The notes below the pieces were generated by a model. That model had not been told where the DNA came from, did no database searches, and worked only from the letters and a program-made list of their open reading frames with translations. The position numbers and the translations under genes were made by a program. DNA of 64,000 nucleotides from Bacillota bacterium (lineage in GTDB: Bacteria; Bacillota; Negativicutes; Sporomusales; Sporomusaceae), in the NCBI GenBank assembly GCA_023443285.1, contig JAEZVB010000128.1, positions 3,385 through 67,384 on the forward strand, in the 5' to 3' direction. Shown piece by piece: positions 18,064-27,027 of the stretch; position 1 is the stretch's first letter; every line of letters begins with the position of its first letter.

Positions 18064-18683
18064 ATGGCGTCAAGAGAGACTAATTTGATAGGAGGTGGCG
18101 TCGTGGGAAATAATTCGCCAATTGGGATATTTGATTCCGGCCTAGGTGGGCTTACCGTTGTCAGAGAAGTTCTTAAGCTACTGCCGGGAGAAGATATTAT
18201 ATATTTTGGCGATACTGCCCGTACACCGTATGGTTCGCGACCACCAGCCGAAATTTTAGGGTTTATGCATGAAATACTTACTTTTTTCTCCGTCCAGAAT
18301 GTTAAGATGGCGATTACCGCTTGTAATACTATGACAGCGCTTGGCCTTGAACAGGCAAGAAGCAAATTTTCATTTTTATTGATACAATAATACTGGGATG
18401 TACCCATTACCCGTTCATCAGTACCCTAATTACAGAAATTATGGGATCTGAGGTTGTCCTTGTTGACCCGGCCAGAGAAATAGCTGCCCAGGCGCGTGTT
18501 GATCTGGCGCAGCATAATAAGCTTGCTACCCGGGTGCAAGGACGGGTGAGATTATGTTTTTCGGCTGATTTGCCGCGAGCCGAGCGGTTTACCAAGTGTG
18601 CTATTGATTTTTCCCGGGAAATGGGGTCAGTAGCTTCGTTTGAATTGATTAACTTACAAGACTATTGTTTTACCAAAGTCTAA
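18064..18683 (+). pseudogene. murI: glutamate racemase with an internal deletion of about 80 aa plus a frameshift
   Basis: Frame 1 gives IGIFDSGLGGLTV..YFGDTARTPYG..ITACNT, then stops at 18390. Frame 3 resumes from 18351 with IDTIILGCTHYPFI..VLVDPA. The segment normally lying between the ACNT and GCTHYP motifs is missing. Confidence 0.85.
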
Positions 18684-18725
18684 TTACAGGGTTTCTTGTT
18701 GATTCCCGGATACGGAGGCTGCATT

Positions 18726-19286
18726 GTGGAATTTTTAATTGTTTTACTTATCGTTGTGTTGGGCGCAGTTATTGGTGTGTGGCTGTATATTGTCAACCAG
18801 GGGGATGCCAATTTTAAGTTTATTGTTGATCAACGAACTGATTTTTCTCTTAAAGCAATAACGAAAGATACTGCGACTTTTTCAGCTACGGTGCCTTTTG
18901 TTAACAATGGAACGCAAGATGGTACACTAATGGATGTTTTTCCTCGTTATTTGTTGCCTTATGAGCAATTTGATGCTGTAGATACTGATGCGCGGTTAAC
19001 GCTTGATAAAGCTAACCGAAGTGATGGATATTGGGAAGCTTATATTGTTCCGGTGTCTACTGGCGGGTCGATTATTCTGACAGTAAAGTTTACTGCTAAG
19101 GCAGGAGACATCAAAGCAGCACTTAACGATATGGTCGATATGCCAATCGATATTATCTATCAGGTTGTTGCCCGTGGCCTCTGGTATCTTGCGAAGGAGC
19201 GGCTGGTTATGACAGCTGACGAAATACATAGGGCTCTTGCTGCTAGTGAAGTGGCTGCAGTCAGATCGGAGGAAAAACAGATATGA
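18726..19286 (+). CDS. hypothetical membrane-anchored protein
   Basis: GTG preceded by GGAGG. It has an N-terminal TM segment ([21 protein letters not shown]) and overlaps the next gene by 4 nt. Confidence 0.6.
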   Translation: MEFLIVLLIVVLGAVIGVWLYIVNQGDANFKFIVDQRTDFSLKAITKDTATFSATVPFVNNGTQDGTLMDVFPRYLLPYEQFDAVDTDARLTLDKANRSDGYWEAYIVPVSTGGSIILTVKFTAKAGDIKAALNDMVDMPIDIIYQVVARGLWYLAKERLVMTADEIHRALAASEVAAVRSEEKQI

Positions 19287-19954
19287 CAGAGCAGGTATTA
19301 GAACTGAAACCAGTACCTACCCGGATACTTACGGATAAAGATAATATCGTTGATGTGATTGAGAAGTATGCCAAAGCTGATATTGGACCGCATGATGTGG
19401 TATCGGTTGCAGAAAGTGTTGTGGCGATTACGCAAGGACGTTTTACCCGACCAGAAGAGTTGCAGCCATCGCTGTTAGCACGGATACTTTGCCGGTTTAT
19501 CCCTAAGGAAGGAAGCTTGGCAAGTGCTTATGGCATGCAGTCTGCTATGAATGCCGAAGGCAGTTGGCGGGTAGCCTGGGCATTGTTTGTTGGTATGTTA
19601 GGCAAATTAGTAGGGAGAAGGGGTCTGTTCTATGAACTGGCTGGTGAACAGGCAGCATTGATTGACGACGTTACCGGCACGATGCCTCCCTTCGATAAGT
19701 GTCTAGTATATGGACCGGCTGACCCGAATGGCGTAGCCGAAGCCATCAAACAGCGTTTAGGTTGTTATGGAGCGGTTGTAGCCGATGTCAATGACCTTAA
19801 GCGGGCGGCCGTGTTAGGGGCAACCCAAGGCTTGGTTCCTAAGGAAGTCGCGCAAATTCTTATCAATAACCCCTTTGGGAACGCCAGTCAAAAGACGCCT
19901 ATCGTTATTATTAAAAATTACGGATTAGCTGTACAAAAAGCGGTCGCGCAATAA
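19283..19954 (+). CDS. F420-0:gamma-glutamyl ligase-like (CofE-fold) family protein
   Basis: 223 aa. The pattern ..[17 protein letters not shown].. plus a Gly-rich C-terminal half resembles the CofE/F420_ligase domain. Assignment is tentative. Confidence 0.45.
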   Translation: MTEQVLELKPVPTRILTDKDNIVDVIEKYAKADIGPHDVVSVAESVVAITQGRFTRPEELQPSLLARILCRFIPKEGSLASAYGMQSAMNAEGSWRVAWALFVGMLGKLVGRRGLFYELAGEQAALIDDVTGTMPPFDKCLVYGPADPNGVAEAIKQRLGCYGAVVADVNDLKRAAVLGATQGLVPKEVAQILINNPFGNASQKTPIVIIKNYGLAVQKAVAQ

Positions 19955-20119
19955 TCAATTTTCCCCTAACAGAAAGTATAACTTTCTTAAGAACAGGATA
20001 AGGGCAACAGCGGCTCCCGCTGTCGCCAAAGGCTCGGCGCAAGCCGTGTTTTCTATATCAAAAAGACAGAGGGTAGGACTTGCTATCCTCTGTTTTAAAT
20101 ATCTAGGAGGCTGATTGCT

Positions 20120-21115
20120 ATGGCCCGCATCGGCATAACGACTACTGTGCCGGTAGAGATCATTTTAGCGGCAGGACATGTTCCTGTAGATCTTAACAAT
20201 ATATTTATTACCAGTCCCGAAGCCAGTCGCATGGTGGAAACTGCTGAGGAAGCCGGATATCCGCGAAATATTTGCGGCTGGATAAAGGGATTATATGCAG
20301 TAATGGTAAATAAGGAACTTAATGACAGCTTTGGCGGTATTGATAAGGTTATTGCGGTTACCCAAGGTGATTGCAGTAATACCCATGCTCTGATGGAGAC
20401 CTATCAACTGGCGGGCATAGAAACCATTCCGTTTGCGTATCCTTTTGATCGCGATTATGACCTTTTGAAATTACAAATGGAAAAATTGATGACCACGTTA
20501 GGAACGAAATGGGAAGCCGTATATAGCGTTAAGCGTAAGCTTGATAAACTGCGTCTGCGCGTGGCTGAAATTGACCGGCGTACTTGGCAGGACAATACGG
20601 TAAGCGGCTTTCATAATCATTTATACCAAGTAAGCTGTAGCGATTTTAATGGTGATACAGAGCTTTATGCCGCTGATGTTGAACAGTTTTTGCAAGAGAC
20701 GGCAGATGCTTCTGAATATGCCGATGAACTTCGGCTCGGTTTTATCGGTGTACCGCCGATTTTCACCGATTTATATCCTTATTTGGAAACCATGGGTGCG
20801 CGCAGCGTATATAATGAGGTGCAGCGGCAGTTTGCCATGCCGTATTTCACAGAAGATATTGTGGAGCAATACCAATTGTATACCTATCCGTATGGGGTGT
20901 TTGGCCGCATAAAGGATATTGAGGCTGAAATTGAGCGGCGCAATCTGGATGGACTGATCCACTATGTACAGAGTTTTTGTTTCCGGCAGATTGAGGATAT
21001 GATTCTGCGGGAGAAGCTTGATATACCTATTTTGACAATTGAAGGAGACAAACCGGGGAAAGTAGACGCCAGGACCAAATTGCGGATAGAAGGCTTTTTG
21101 GAAATGCTGCGCTGA
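20120..21115 (+). CDS. 2-hydroxyacyl-CoA dehydratase / benzoyl-CoA reductase-type (HgdB/BcrB-like) family protein
   Basis: N-terminus IGITTTVPVEIILAAGHVPVDL and C-terminal ..YVQSFCFRQIED..PILTIEGD are typical of the HGD-D family. It is followed by its activase. Confidence 0.75.
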   Translation: MARIGITTTVPVEIILAAGHVPVDLNNIFITSPEASRMVETAEEAGYPRNICGWIKGLYAVMVNKELNDSFGGIDKVIAVTQGDCSNTHALMETYQLAGIETIPFAYPFDRDYDLLKLQMEKLMTTLGTKWEAVYSVKRKLDKLRLRVAEIDRRTWQDNTVSGFHNHLYQVSCSDFNGDTELYAADVEQFLQETADASEYADELRLGFIGVPPIFTDLYPYLETMGARSVYNEVQRQFAMPYFTEDIVEQYQLYTYPYGVFGRIKDIEAEIERRNLDGLIHYVQSFCFRQIEDMILREKLDIPILTIEGDKPGKVDARTKLRIEGFLEMLR

Positions 21116-21130
21116 GTGAGGAGGATGACC

Positions 21131-21889
21131 ATGCGCTGTGGCATAGATTTGGGTAGTCGTAGTGTGAAACTGGTCATGCTGGATGACGCCAAACAACTTA
21201 ATACGGCAAACATCTACGAGACAGCTAAATTTTACCGGGATTACGGCCAACGTTCTGAGACCGGACTGGTAGTGAACTTTGCTGCGCTCGGATTTCCTGA
21301 GGCTGCCAAACTGACAGCCACCGGCTATGGGCGTAATACGATTGATATTGTTGGTGCTACTGTAATTCCTGAGCTAAAGGCTCACATGCTGGGCGCTATA
21401 GCGCAGACGGGACTGACTGACTTTACGCTGCTGGATTTAGGCGGTCAGGATAGCAAGGTAATCAAAGTTCGTAAAGGCAGAATGGTAGATTTCCAGACAA
21501 ATGACAAGTGCGCTGCAAGCACTGGCAGGTATCTGGAAAATATGGCTGGAGTGCTTGATATTAGTTTAGAGGAGCTGGCTGGCTATAGCGAGAGTCCGGT
21601 GGAACTTAGCGCCACCTGTGCAATCTTTGGTGAATCAGAGCTGATTGGGCGGATTGTCGAGGGATACAGTACGGCTGAACTAGCTGCCGGCGTTAACTAT
21701 ACCATTTATAAACGCATAAGACCTATGCTTGGTGCGCTAAAGAGTGACAAACTTGTTTTTACAGGTGGCGTTGCACTTGGTGGGGCTATCCAGAAATTTA
21801 TTACCCGGGAAATGGGGATAGAGGTTATTATACCTAAGCATCCCCAACTGAACGGTGCCATTGGTTGCGCGGTATATGAGGGGAAATAG
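21131..21889 (+). CDS. acyl-CoA dehydratase activase (BcrAD/BadFG/HgdC-type ATPase)
   Basis: Motifs CGIDLGSRSVK, ATGYGR, DLGGQDSKVI, NDKCAASTGRYLE, CAIFGESE and FTGGVA..P..PQLNGAIGCA are present. Confidence 0.85.
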   Translation: MRCGIDLGSRSVKLVMLDDAKQLNTANIYETAKFYRDYGQRSETGLVVNFAALGFPEAAKLTATGYGRNTIDIVGATVIPELKAHMLGAIAQTGLTDFTLLDLGGQDSKVIKVRKGRMVDFQTNDKCAASTGRYLENMAGVLDISLEELAGYSESPVELSATCAIFGESELIGRIVEGYSTAELAAGVNYTIYKRIRPMLGALKSDKLVFTGGVALGGAIQKFITREMGIEVIIPKHPQLNGAIGCAVYEGK

Positions 21890-21919
21890 CTGACCCAAGA
21901 TGATTTGGAGGCGAACAAT

Positions 21920-23599
21920 ATGCTGCTGGGAATTGATGTGGGTGGAACCTTTACTGATGCTGTAGTCATTAAGGAAGGTAAGGTTTTGGCAGCGGCCAAG
22001 ACACCGACGACACATGGAGAATTGTTGCGTGGCATTATAACGGTTATTGATAAGGTGCTTGGGAGTCTGAGTCGGGCTGCTATTAAGCGGGTAGATTTGT
22101 CGACAACCATTGTGACTAATGCACTAATCGAAGGTAAAATTGCCAAAGTCGCTTTGTTATTACTTCCTGGGCCAGGACTTAACCTGGAAGGGATGACGCC
22201 AGGCCAGCCGCACCTCTTAACTGGCTATACCGACCACCGTGGGCGGGAGAAGGCGGCGCCGATCAAGGAAGAGGTAATCGCTTCTTGCCGCAAGCTTGCA
22301 GGTACTGAAGTAGCGGCTGTTGTTGGCAAGTTTGCGGTACGCAATCCGGAGCAGGAACAGCAGGTAGCCGGCTGGGTACAGGAATATCTGCAGCCAGCCC
22401 ATATAACGGTAGGTGCTGAACTGTCAGGTTCACTAAATTACCTCAGACGGATTAATTCAGCCTACTATAATTCGGCTGTATGGCACATCTTTTCTGATTT
22501 TGCGGCAGCTATGGAAGCTGCAATTGCTGAACGCGGTATTATTGCGCCAGTATATATATTAAAAGCGGATGGCGGCACCTTGCCCCTAGCAGCAGCCAAA
22601 GCAAGGCCGGTAGAGGCTGTTTTTACCGGTCCGGCAGCTAGCGTGCTGGGGATAATGGCACTGACCAACCTGGACGAACCTGCAGTTTCCTTAGATATCG
22701 GCGGCACCAGCACCGATATAGCTCTGTGGCAAAACGGTGTGCCGCTAGTGGCTGCAGGCGGAGCCAGTGTTAACGGCTATCCCACGGCAGTGCGCTCGTT
22801 TTGGCTAAGCTCGGTTGGTATAGGTGGTGACAGCTATGTCCGGCGTCAAGATGGCTCCTTGCTTGTCGGGCCTATGCGCCGCGGGTCGGCCATGGCCTGT
22901 GGTGGTGTAGAACCTACGGTAACCGATGCGCTTAGGGTTGCCGGGTTGATTGATTATGGCGACGAGGTACTCGCAAGACGCGCTATGTCTATTGTGGCTG
23001 CTGATGATCAAACTCCTGAGGATGCAGCGTGGGAGACCTTGCGTGTGGCAAGTGATACTGTGTGCCAGGCAATCACTGCGATGTTGAAGGAGCAGGCTAC
23101 AAGACCAGTGTACAAAGTGGAAGATATTGTTCATGGTACAGCGTTTAGTCCTGAACTGGTTATTGGTGTTGGTGGTGCGGCGATGGGGCTGGTGCCAATG
23201 ATTGCAGAAGAGCTCAGTCTACCCTGGCAAGTGCCTACTGGTCACATGGTGGCTAATGCTATTGGGGCAGCCTCTGCCCGGTCAACAACCGAGATTACGC
23301 TCAGAGCAGATAGCGCAGAGGGGTATTATACTGTACCGGAACTAGGCATCAAGCGGGCTATAGACAAACGCCGGTTTAGTTTGGTTGAAGCTTGGGCGGC
23401 AGCCGAAACCCATCTGGCTGAGCGTGCGGTTACTGGCGGCATAACCGAAGCGGCGACTGTTAGTGAAAGAGTATATGAAGAAGAATTTAATGTCATTCGT
23501 GGCTTTAATACTATTGGCAAAATCATGACCTGCAAACTGCAGCTAAAACCAGGTGTGCTAACAGCAGTACAGGCGGGGAGGCTTGGCGATGAACAATAA
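21920..23599 (+). CDS. hydantoinase/oxoprolinase (HyuA-like) family protein
   Basis: N-terminus LLGIDVGGTFTDAVV plus the second ATPase-fold motif SLDIGGTSTDIAL. RBS TTGGAGG before ATG 21920. Confidence 0.8.
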   Translation: MLLGIDVGGTFTDAVVIKEGKVLAAAKTPTTHGELLRGIITVIDKVLGSLSRAAIKRVDLSTTIVTNALIEGKIAKVALLLLPGPGLNLEGMTPGQPHLLTGYTDHRGREKAAPIKEEVIASCRKLAGTEVAAVVGKFAVRNPEQEQQVAGWVQEYLQPAHITVGAELSGSLNYLRRINSAYYNSAVWHIFSDFAAAMEAAIAERGIIAPVYILKADGGTLPLAAAKARPVEAVFTGPAASVLGIMALTNLDEPAVSLDIGGTSTDIALWQNGVPLVAAGGASVNGYPTAVRSFWLSSVGIGGDSYVRRQDGSLLVGPMRRGSAMACGGVEPTVTDALRVAGLIDYGDEVLARRAMSIVAADDQTPEDAAWETLRVASDTVCQAITAMLKEQATRPVYKVEDIVHGTAFSPELVIGVGGAAMGLVPMIAEELSLPWQVPTGHMVANAIGAASARSTTEITLRADSAEGYYTVPELGIKRAIDKRRFSLVEAWAAAETHLAERAVTGGITEAATVSERVYEEEFNVIRGFNTIGKIMTCKLQLKPGVLTAVQAGRLGDEQ

Positions 23600-24908
23600 A
23601 TTACTGGGGCTGGTTTTCTTTCCGGCCTTTGACTGGGCCATTACTCCATCACACCCGGAACGGGAAGAACGCCTGCTTTATACCCGGGATCAGATTGTAG
23701 AAGAGGGTTTGCTGGATTTGCCGACTATCAAAGAATATCGTCCTGGGCTGGCTAAGATCGAGGATGCACAGCGCGTTCATATTGGTGTACCTGATATTGC
23801 TTCCCTTATTACCGATGCTCATCTGGTGTCGGCAGGCGGGGCAATAACTGCTGCCGAAGCCGTGATGCGCAGGGCGGTCACCAATGCGTTTGCATTAGTG
23901 CGACCGCCCGGACATCATGCTATGCGGGTAGTGCATGGTACAAGGGGCTTTTGCACCATCAATATCGAAGCTATCATGGTAGAATATCTGCGGCGGCATT
24001 ACGGACTCAACAAGATTGCGATTGTTGATACCGACGTGCATCATGGGGATGGAACCCAGGATATTTTTTATCATGATCCGAATACGTTATTTATCTCTTT
24101 TCATCAGGATGGACGGACACTTTACCCGGGAACGGGAGCCATTACGGAACTTGGCAGTCCTGCTGCCTTGTGCTCAACCGTCAATATTCCGTTGCCGCCG
24201 GGTACTACGGATGTCGGGCTACATTATGTGCTGGATAATCTGGTGTTGCCGGTGCTGGAAGATTTCCGGCCGGACATTATTATTAACTCTGCCGGGCAGG
24301 ATAATCATTATAGTGATCCACTGGCAAATATGGCAATTACGGCACAAGGCTATGCGCGGCTTGCTGAAAAACTAAATGCCGATATCGCCGTGCTTGAGGG
24401 CGGTTACTCGATTGAAGATGCGCTGCCTTATGTTAATACTGGCATTATTCTGGCTATGGCTGGCCTTGATTATAGTCGGGTGATCGAACCTGATATTGCC
24501 CGTTGCCCGCGGCAATCTGAGGATAATACCAGGTATATTGCCCAATTAGTCGGCAAGTGGCAGGATATTTGGAGTAAGCGGGATGCGCTTCGGCGTGAAG
24601 CCATAGCGCAAGCCGGAGACTATTGGCAGCGTCGCCGGAGCATTTATTACGATGACAGCGGTATTCGAGAACAGCAAAATGAGACGGTAAGAATTTGCCG
24701 GCATTGCCAGGGATATCAGACTGTTTCGACCCAGGCGGAAGGCTATTCATTTGGAGTAAAATCAGCATTTGCCGCCATTATTCCCAGACATAGTTGCAGT
24801 ACCTGCCAAAGTCACGCCAAAGATGCTGTACATAAGGCCAAGAAAGAAGGCCGACACGACCATTATTTCCTACAGGATAAAGAACAAGATGCACTACAAC
24901 AAATCTAA
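23589..24908 (+). CDS. histone deacetylase / acetoin-utilisation (arginase-deacetylase superfamily) protein with a C-terminal Cys-rich extension
   Basis: Motifs RPPGHHA, DTDVHHGDGTQDIFY and LEGGYS are present. The tail carries CRHC...CSTC. Confidence 0.85.
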   Translation: MNNKLLGLVFFPAFDWAITPSHPEREERLLYTRDQIVEEGLLDLPTIKEYRPGLAKIEDAQRVHIGVPDIASLITDAHLVSAGGAITAAEAVMRRAVTNAFALVRPPGHHAMRVVHGTRGFCTINIEAIMVEYLRRHYGLNKIAIVDTDVHHGDGTQDIFYHDPNTLFISFHQDGRTLYPGTGAITELGSPAALCSTVNIPLPPGTTDVGLHYVLDNLVLPVLEDFRPDIIINSAGQDNHYSDPLANMAITAQGYARLAEKLNADIAVLEGGYSIEDALPYVNTGIILAMAGLDYSRVIEPDIARCPRQSEDNTRYIAQLVGKWQDIWSKRDALRREAIAQAGDYWQRRRSIYYDDSGIREQQNETVRICRHCQGYQTVSTQAEGYSFGVKSAFAAIIPRHSCSTCQSHAKDAVHKAKKEGRHDHYFLQDKEQDALQQI

Positions 24909-24938
24909 ATATAATAGCGAAAAACTAAGGAGGTCATT

Positions 24939-25682
24939 ATGACCAGAGCAGATGGACGTTCAGCCAATGAAATGCGAAAAGTAAAAATTACTCGTAATTA
25001 TCTAAAATATGCCGAAGGGTCTGTGCTTGTTGAATTTGGTGATACGAAGGTTATTTGTGCCGCCACGGTTGAAGAAAGAGTGCCCCCGTTTTTAAAAGGA
25101 TCAGGCGAAGGCTGGGTAAGCGCCGAGTATTCACTCTTGCCTCGTTCAACCCAAAGCCGTAATATCAGAGAATCAGCCAAAGGCAAACAGACTGGCCGCA
25201 CCCATGAAATTCAACGCTTAATCGGTCGGGCGTTGCGAAGTGTTATTGATCTTAAAGCACTCGGAGAAAAAACGATCTGGCTGGACTGTGATGTTATTCA
25301 AGCTGATGGCGGTACACGGACTGCGGCAATTACTGGATCGTTTGTTGCGCTGGTTGATGCTATTGATAGCATATGGGGAGATAGTACCAAGCCGTTTCCA
25401 GTGAAAGACTTTTTAGCTGCAGTTAGTGTAGGAGTCCTACCGGACGGTGTTTATCTTGACTTATGCTATAGCGAAGATTCGACGGCCATTGTTGACATGA
25501 ACCTGGTTATGACCGGAAGTGGTCAGTTTGTGGAAGTGCAAGGAACCGGAGAAAAGGGAACCTTTGCGCAGCAACAGTTAATTGAGATGTTGGCAGTAGG
25601 CAGTCAAGGTATTAATGAGTTACTTGATATTCAAAAAGAGACACTTGGGCCACTTTCGTGGAAAGTTGGCCGGGAGGGGTAG
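24939..25682 (+). CDS. rph: ribonuclease PH
   Basis: 247 aa with RADGR near the N-terminus, [32 protein letters not shown] and [14 protein letters not shown]. Confidence 0.95.
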   Translation: MTRADGRSANEMRKVKITRNYLKYAEGSVLVEFGDTKVICAATVEERVPPFLKGSGEGWVSAEYSLLPRSTQSRNIRESAKGKQTGRTHEIQRLIGRALRSVIDLKALGEKTIWLDCDVIQADGGTRTAAITGSFVALVDAIDSIWGDSTKPFPVKDFLAAVSVGVLPDGVYLDLCYSEDSTAIVDMNLVMTGSGQFVEVQGTGEKGTFAQQQLIEMLAVGSQGINELLDIQKETLGPLSWKVGREG

Positions 25683-25684
25683 AC

Positions 25685-26293
25685 GTGGCAAAAGCGATAC
25701 AAGAGATTATTGTTGCCACTAAAAATGCCGGAAAAGTGGCTGAGTTTAAGGAGGCGCTAAACGGACTGCCGTTTAACGTGCTATCGCTAGCTGATTTGGG
25801 AGACTTTCCGGAAGCACCGGAAGATGGTCAAACCTTTGCGGAAAATGCTTGCTTTAAAGCTAAATTTTATGCGCAGATGACAGGCAAATTGTGTTTGGCT
25901 GATGACTCGGGCTTGGAGGTTGATTTTCTCAATGGTGCACCTGGGGTTTATTCTGCCAGGTATGCTGGTGAAGATGCCAGCGATGAGGAAAATAACCAAA
26001 AACTCCTGCACCAGTTGGACGGGGTAGCGGCAAAGCAACGTACAGGTCGTTTTCGCTGTGTGTTGGTACTTGCGGATAATGAGAAAGTATGGTGTACCGC
26101 TGATGGTACGGTAGAAGGCATTCTTCTGACTGAGCCGCGCGGAGCTAATGGTTTTGGCTATGATCCGTTACTGTTTTACCCTGCATTGAACTGCACCTTA
26201 GCGGAAATGTCGGGGACAGAAAAAAATAAGATTAGTCACCGAGGGCGGGCGATACAGGAATTAGTAAAACAATTGGTGGTGCTGGAAAAATGA
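25685..26293 (+). CDS. rdgB: dITP/XTP pyrophosphatase (RdgB/HAM1 family)
   Basis: Motifs IVATKNAGKVAEF, DDSGLEVD.LNGAPGVYSARY, GFGYDP and ISHRGRA are present. GTG start after GGGAGGGG. It immediately follows rph, as in Bacillus. Confidence 0.9.
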   Translation: MAKAIQEIIVATKNAGKVAEFKEALNGLPFNVLSLADLGDFPEAPEDGQTFAENACFKAKFYAQMTGKLCLADDSGLEVDFLNGAPGVYSARYAGEDASDEENNQKLLHQLDGVAAKQRTGRFRCVLVLADNEKVWCTADGTVEGILLTEPRGANGFGYDPLLFYPALNCTLAEMSGTEKNKISHRGRAIQELVKQLVVLEK

Positions 26294-26766
26294 GAATTGG
26301 TGTTGTCAGTGATACACATGGCGACATTTATATGCTGAAAAAAGTCATTGCCGCTGCTGGAACGGTTGAGCAATGGTTTCATGCCGGGGACTACTACCAA
26401 GATGGCTGGCGGCTAAGAGAATTAACAGGCTTACCAGTAACTGTTGTTGCCGGTAATTGTGACCGCACGAAAGCGGTGCCGCCTGATGAATATGTGGAAA
26501 TTGCCGGCAAACTCATCTGGATAACACATGGACACTCTTATACTGTAAAACACGGTGTGGAGCAGCTACGATGTTGGAGTGTTGAGTATGAGGCCGATGT
26601 GGTGGTCTTTGGTCATACCCATATGCCGTACAACAGCTGCCACGAAGGAGTCTTAATCTTCAATCCCGGCAGTCCCGCCTCGCCGCGGGGCGGGACGCAG
26701 CCAAGTTTTGGCATTCTGGAAATAGACGAAAATGGAAAGATAGACGGACACATAATAGAAATGTAA
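26290..26766 (+). CDS. YfcE/MJ0936-family metallophosphoesterase
   Basis: Motifs MRIGVVSDTHG, GDY, GNCD, THGH and GHTH are present. 4-nt overlap with rdgB. Confidence 0.85.
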   Translation: MRIGVVSDTHGDIYMLKKVIAAAGTVEQWFHAGDYYQDGWRLRELTGLPVTVVAGNCDRTKAVPPDEYVEIAGKLIWITHGHSYTVKHGVEQLRCWSVEYEADVVVFGHTHMPYNSCHEGVLIFNPGSPASPRGGTQPSFGILEIDENGKIDGHIIEM

Positions 26767-26797
26767 CCTCGCTGTTTTTTTGCGAGGTACTTTTTTT
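26766..26797 (+). terminator. rho-independent terminator after the rph-rdgB-yfcE unit
   Basis: Stem ACCTCGC / GCGAGGT followed by ACTTTTTTT. Confidence 0.7.
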
Positions 26798-26941
26798 ACT
26801 GAAGCATAGTGCATATATAGTGATAAAACAGTGTATTTTTTAGGTAAGAATATTTTTTGATTTTTAGCTGTTTAACGAGAAAACTGGTAACTTTTTGCGT
26901 GGTAGCTCTTTCCTGTTGCCGGTAAGAGGCAGGATGCTTTC

Positions 26942-26971
26942 TTGACTTGTTTAAATCATAAACGCTACAAT
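26942..26971 (+). promoter_or_regulatory. sigma-70-type promoter of nrdJ (TTGACT-18 nt-TACAAT)
   Basis: -35 TTGACT at 26942-26947 and -10 TACAAT at 26966-26971. The -10 lies inside NrdR box 1. Confidence 0.5.
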
Positions 26972-26980
26972 ATATTGTAT
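26965..26980 (+). promoter_or_regulatory. NrdR box 1
   Basis: CTACAATATATTGTAT versus the consensus acaCwAtATaTwGtgt. It is palindromic around ATAT. Confidence 0.7.
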
Positions 26981-26995
26981 AGATAAAAAACAAAC

Positions 26996-27011
26996 ATACT
27001 AAATATTGTGT
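26996..27011 (+). promoter_or_regulatory. NrdR box 2
   Basis: ATACTAAATATTGTGT. Centre-to-centre spacing to box 1 is 31 bp, the usual tandem NrdR arrangement. Confidence 0.65.
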
Positions 27012-27027
27012 TTCGCGGGGGTGCTGT

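Noticed and set aside
26796-27027. Cobalamin riboswitch upstream of the B12-dependent nrdJ, and ORF 26796..26993 (-)
   Set aside because: The leader after the -10 is only about 50 nt, with no B12-box-like structure. The region is explained by a promoter plus NrdR boxes, and the minus ORF is AT-rich spacer.
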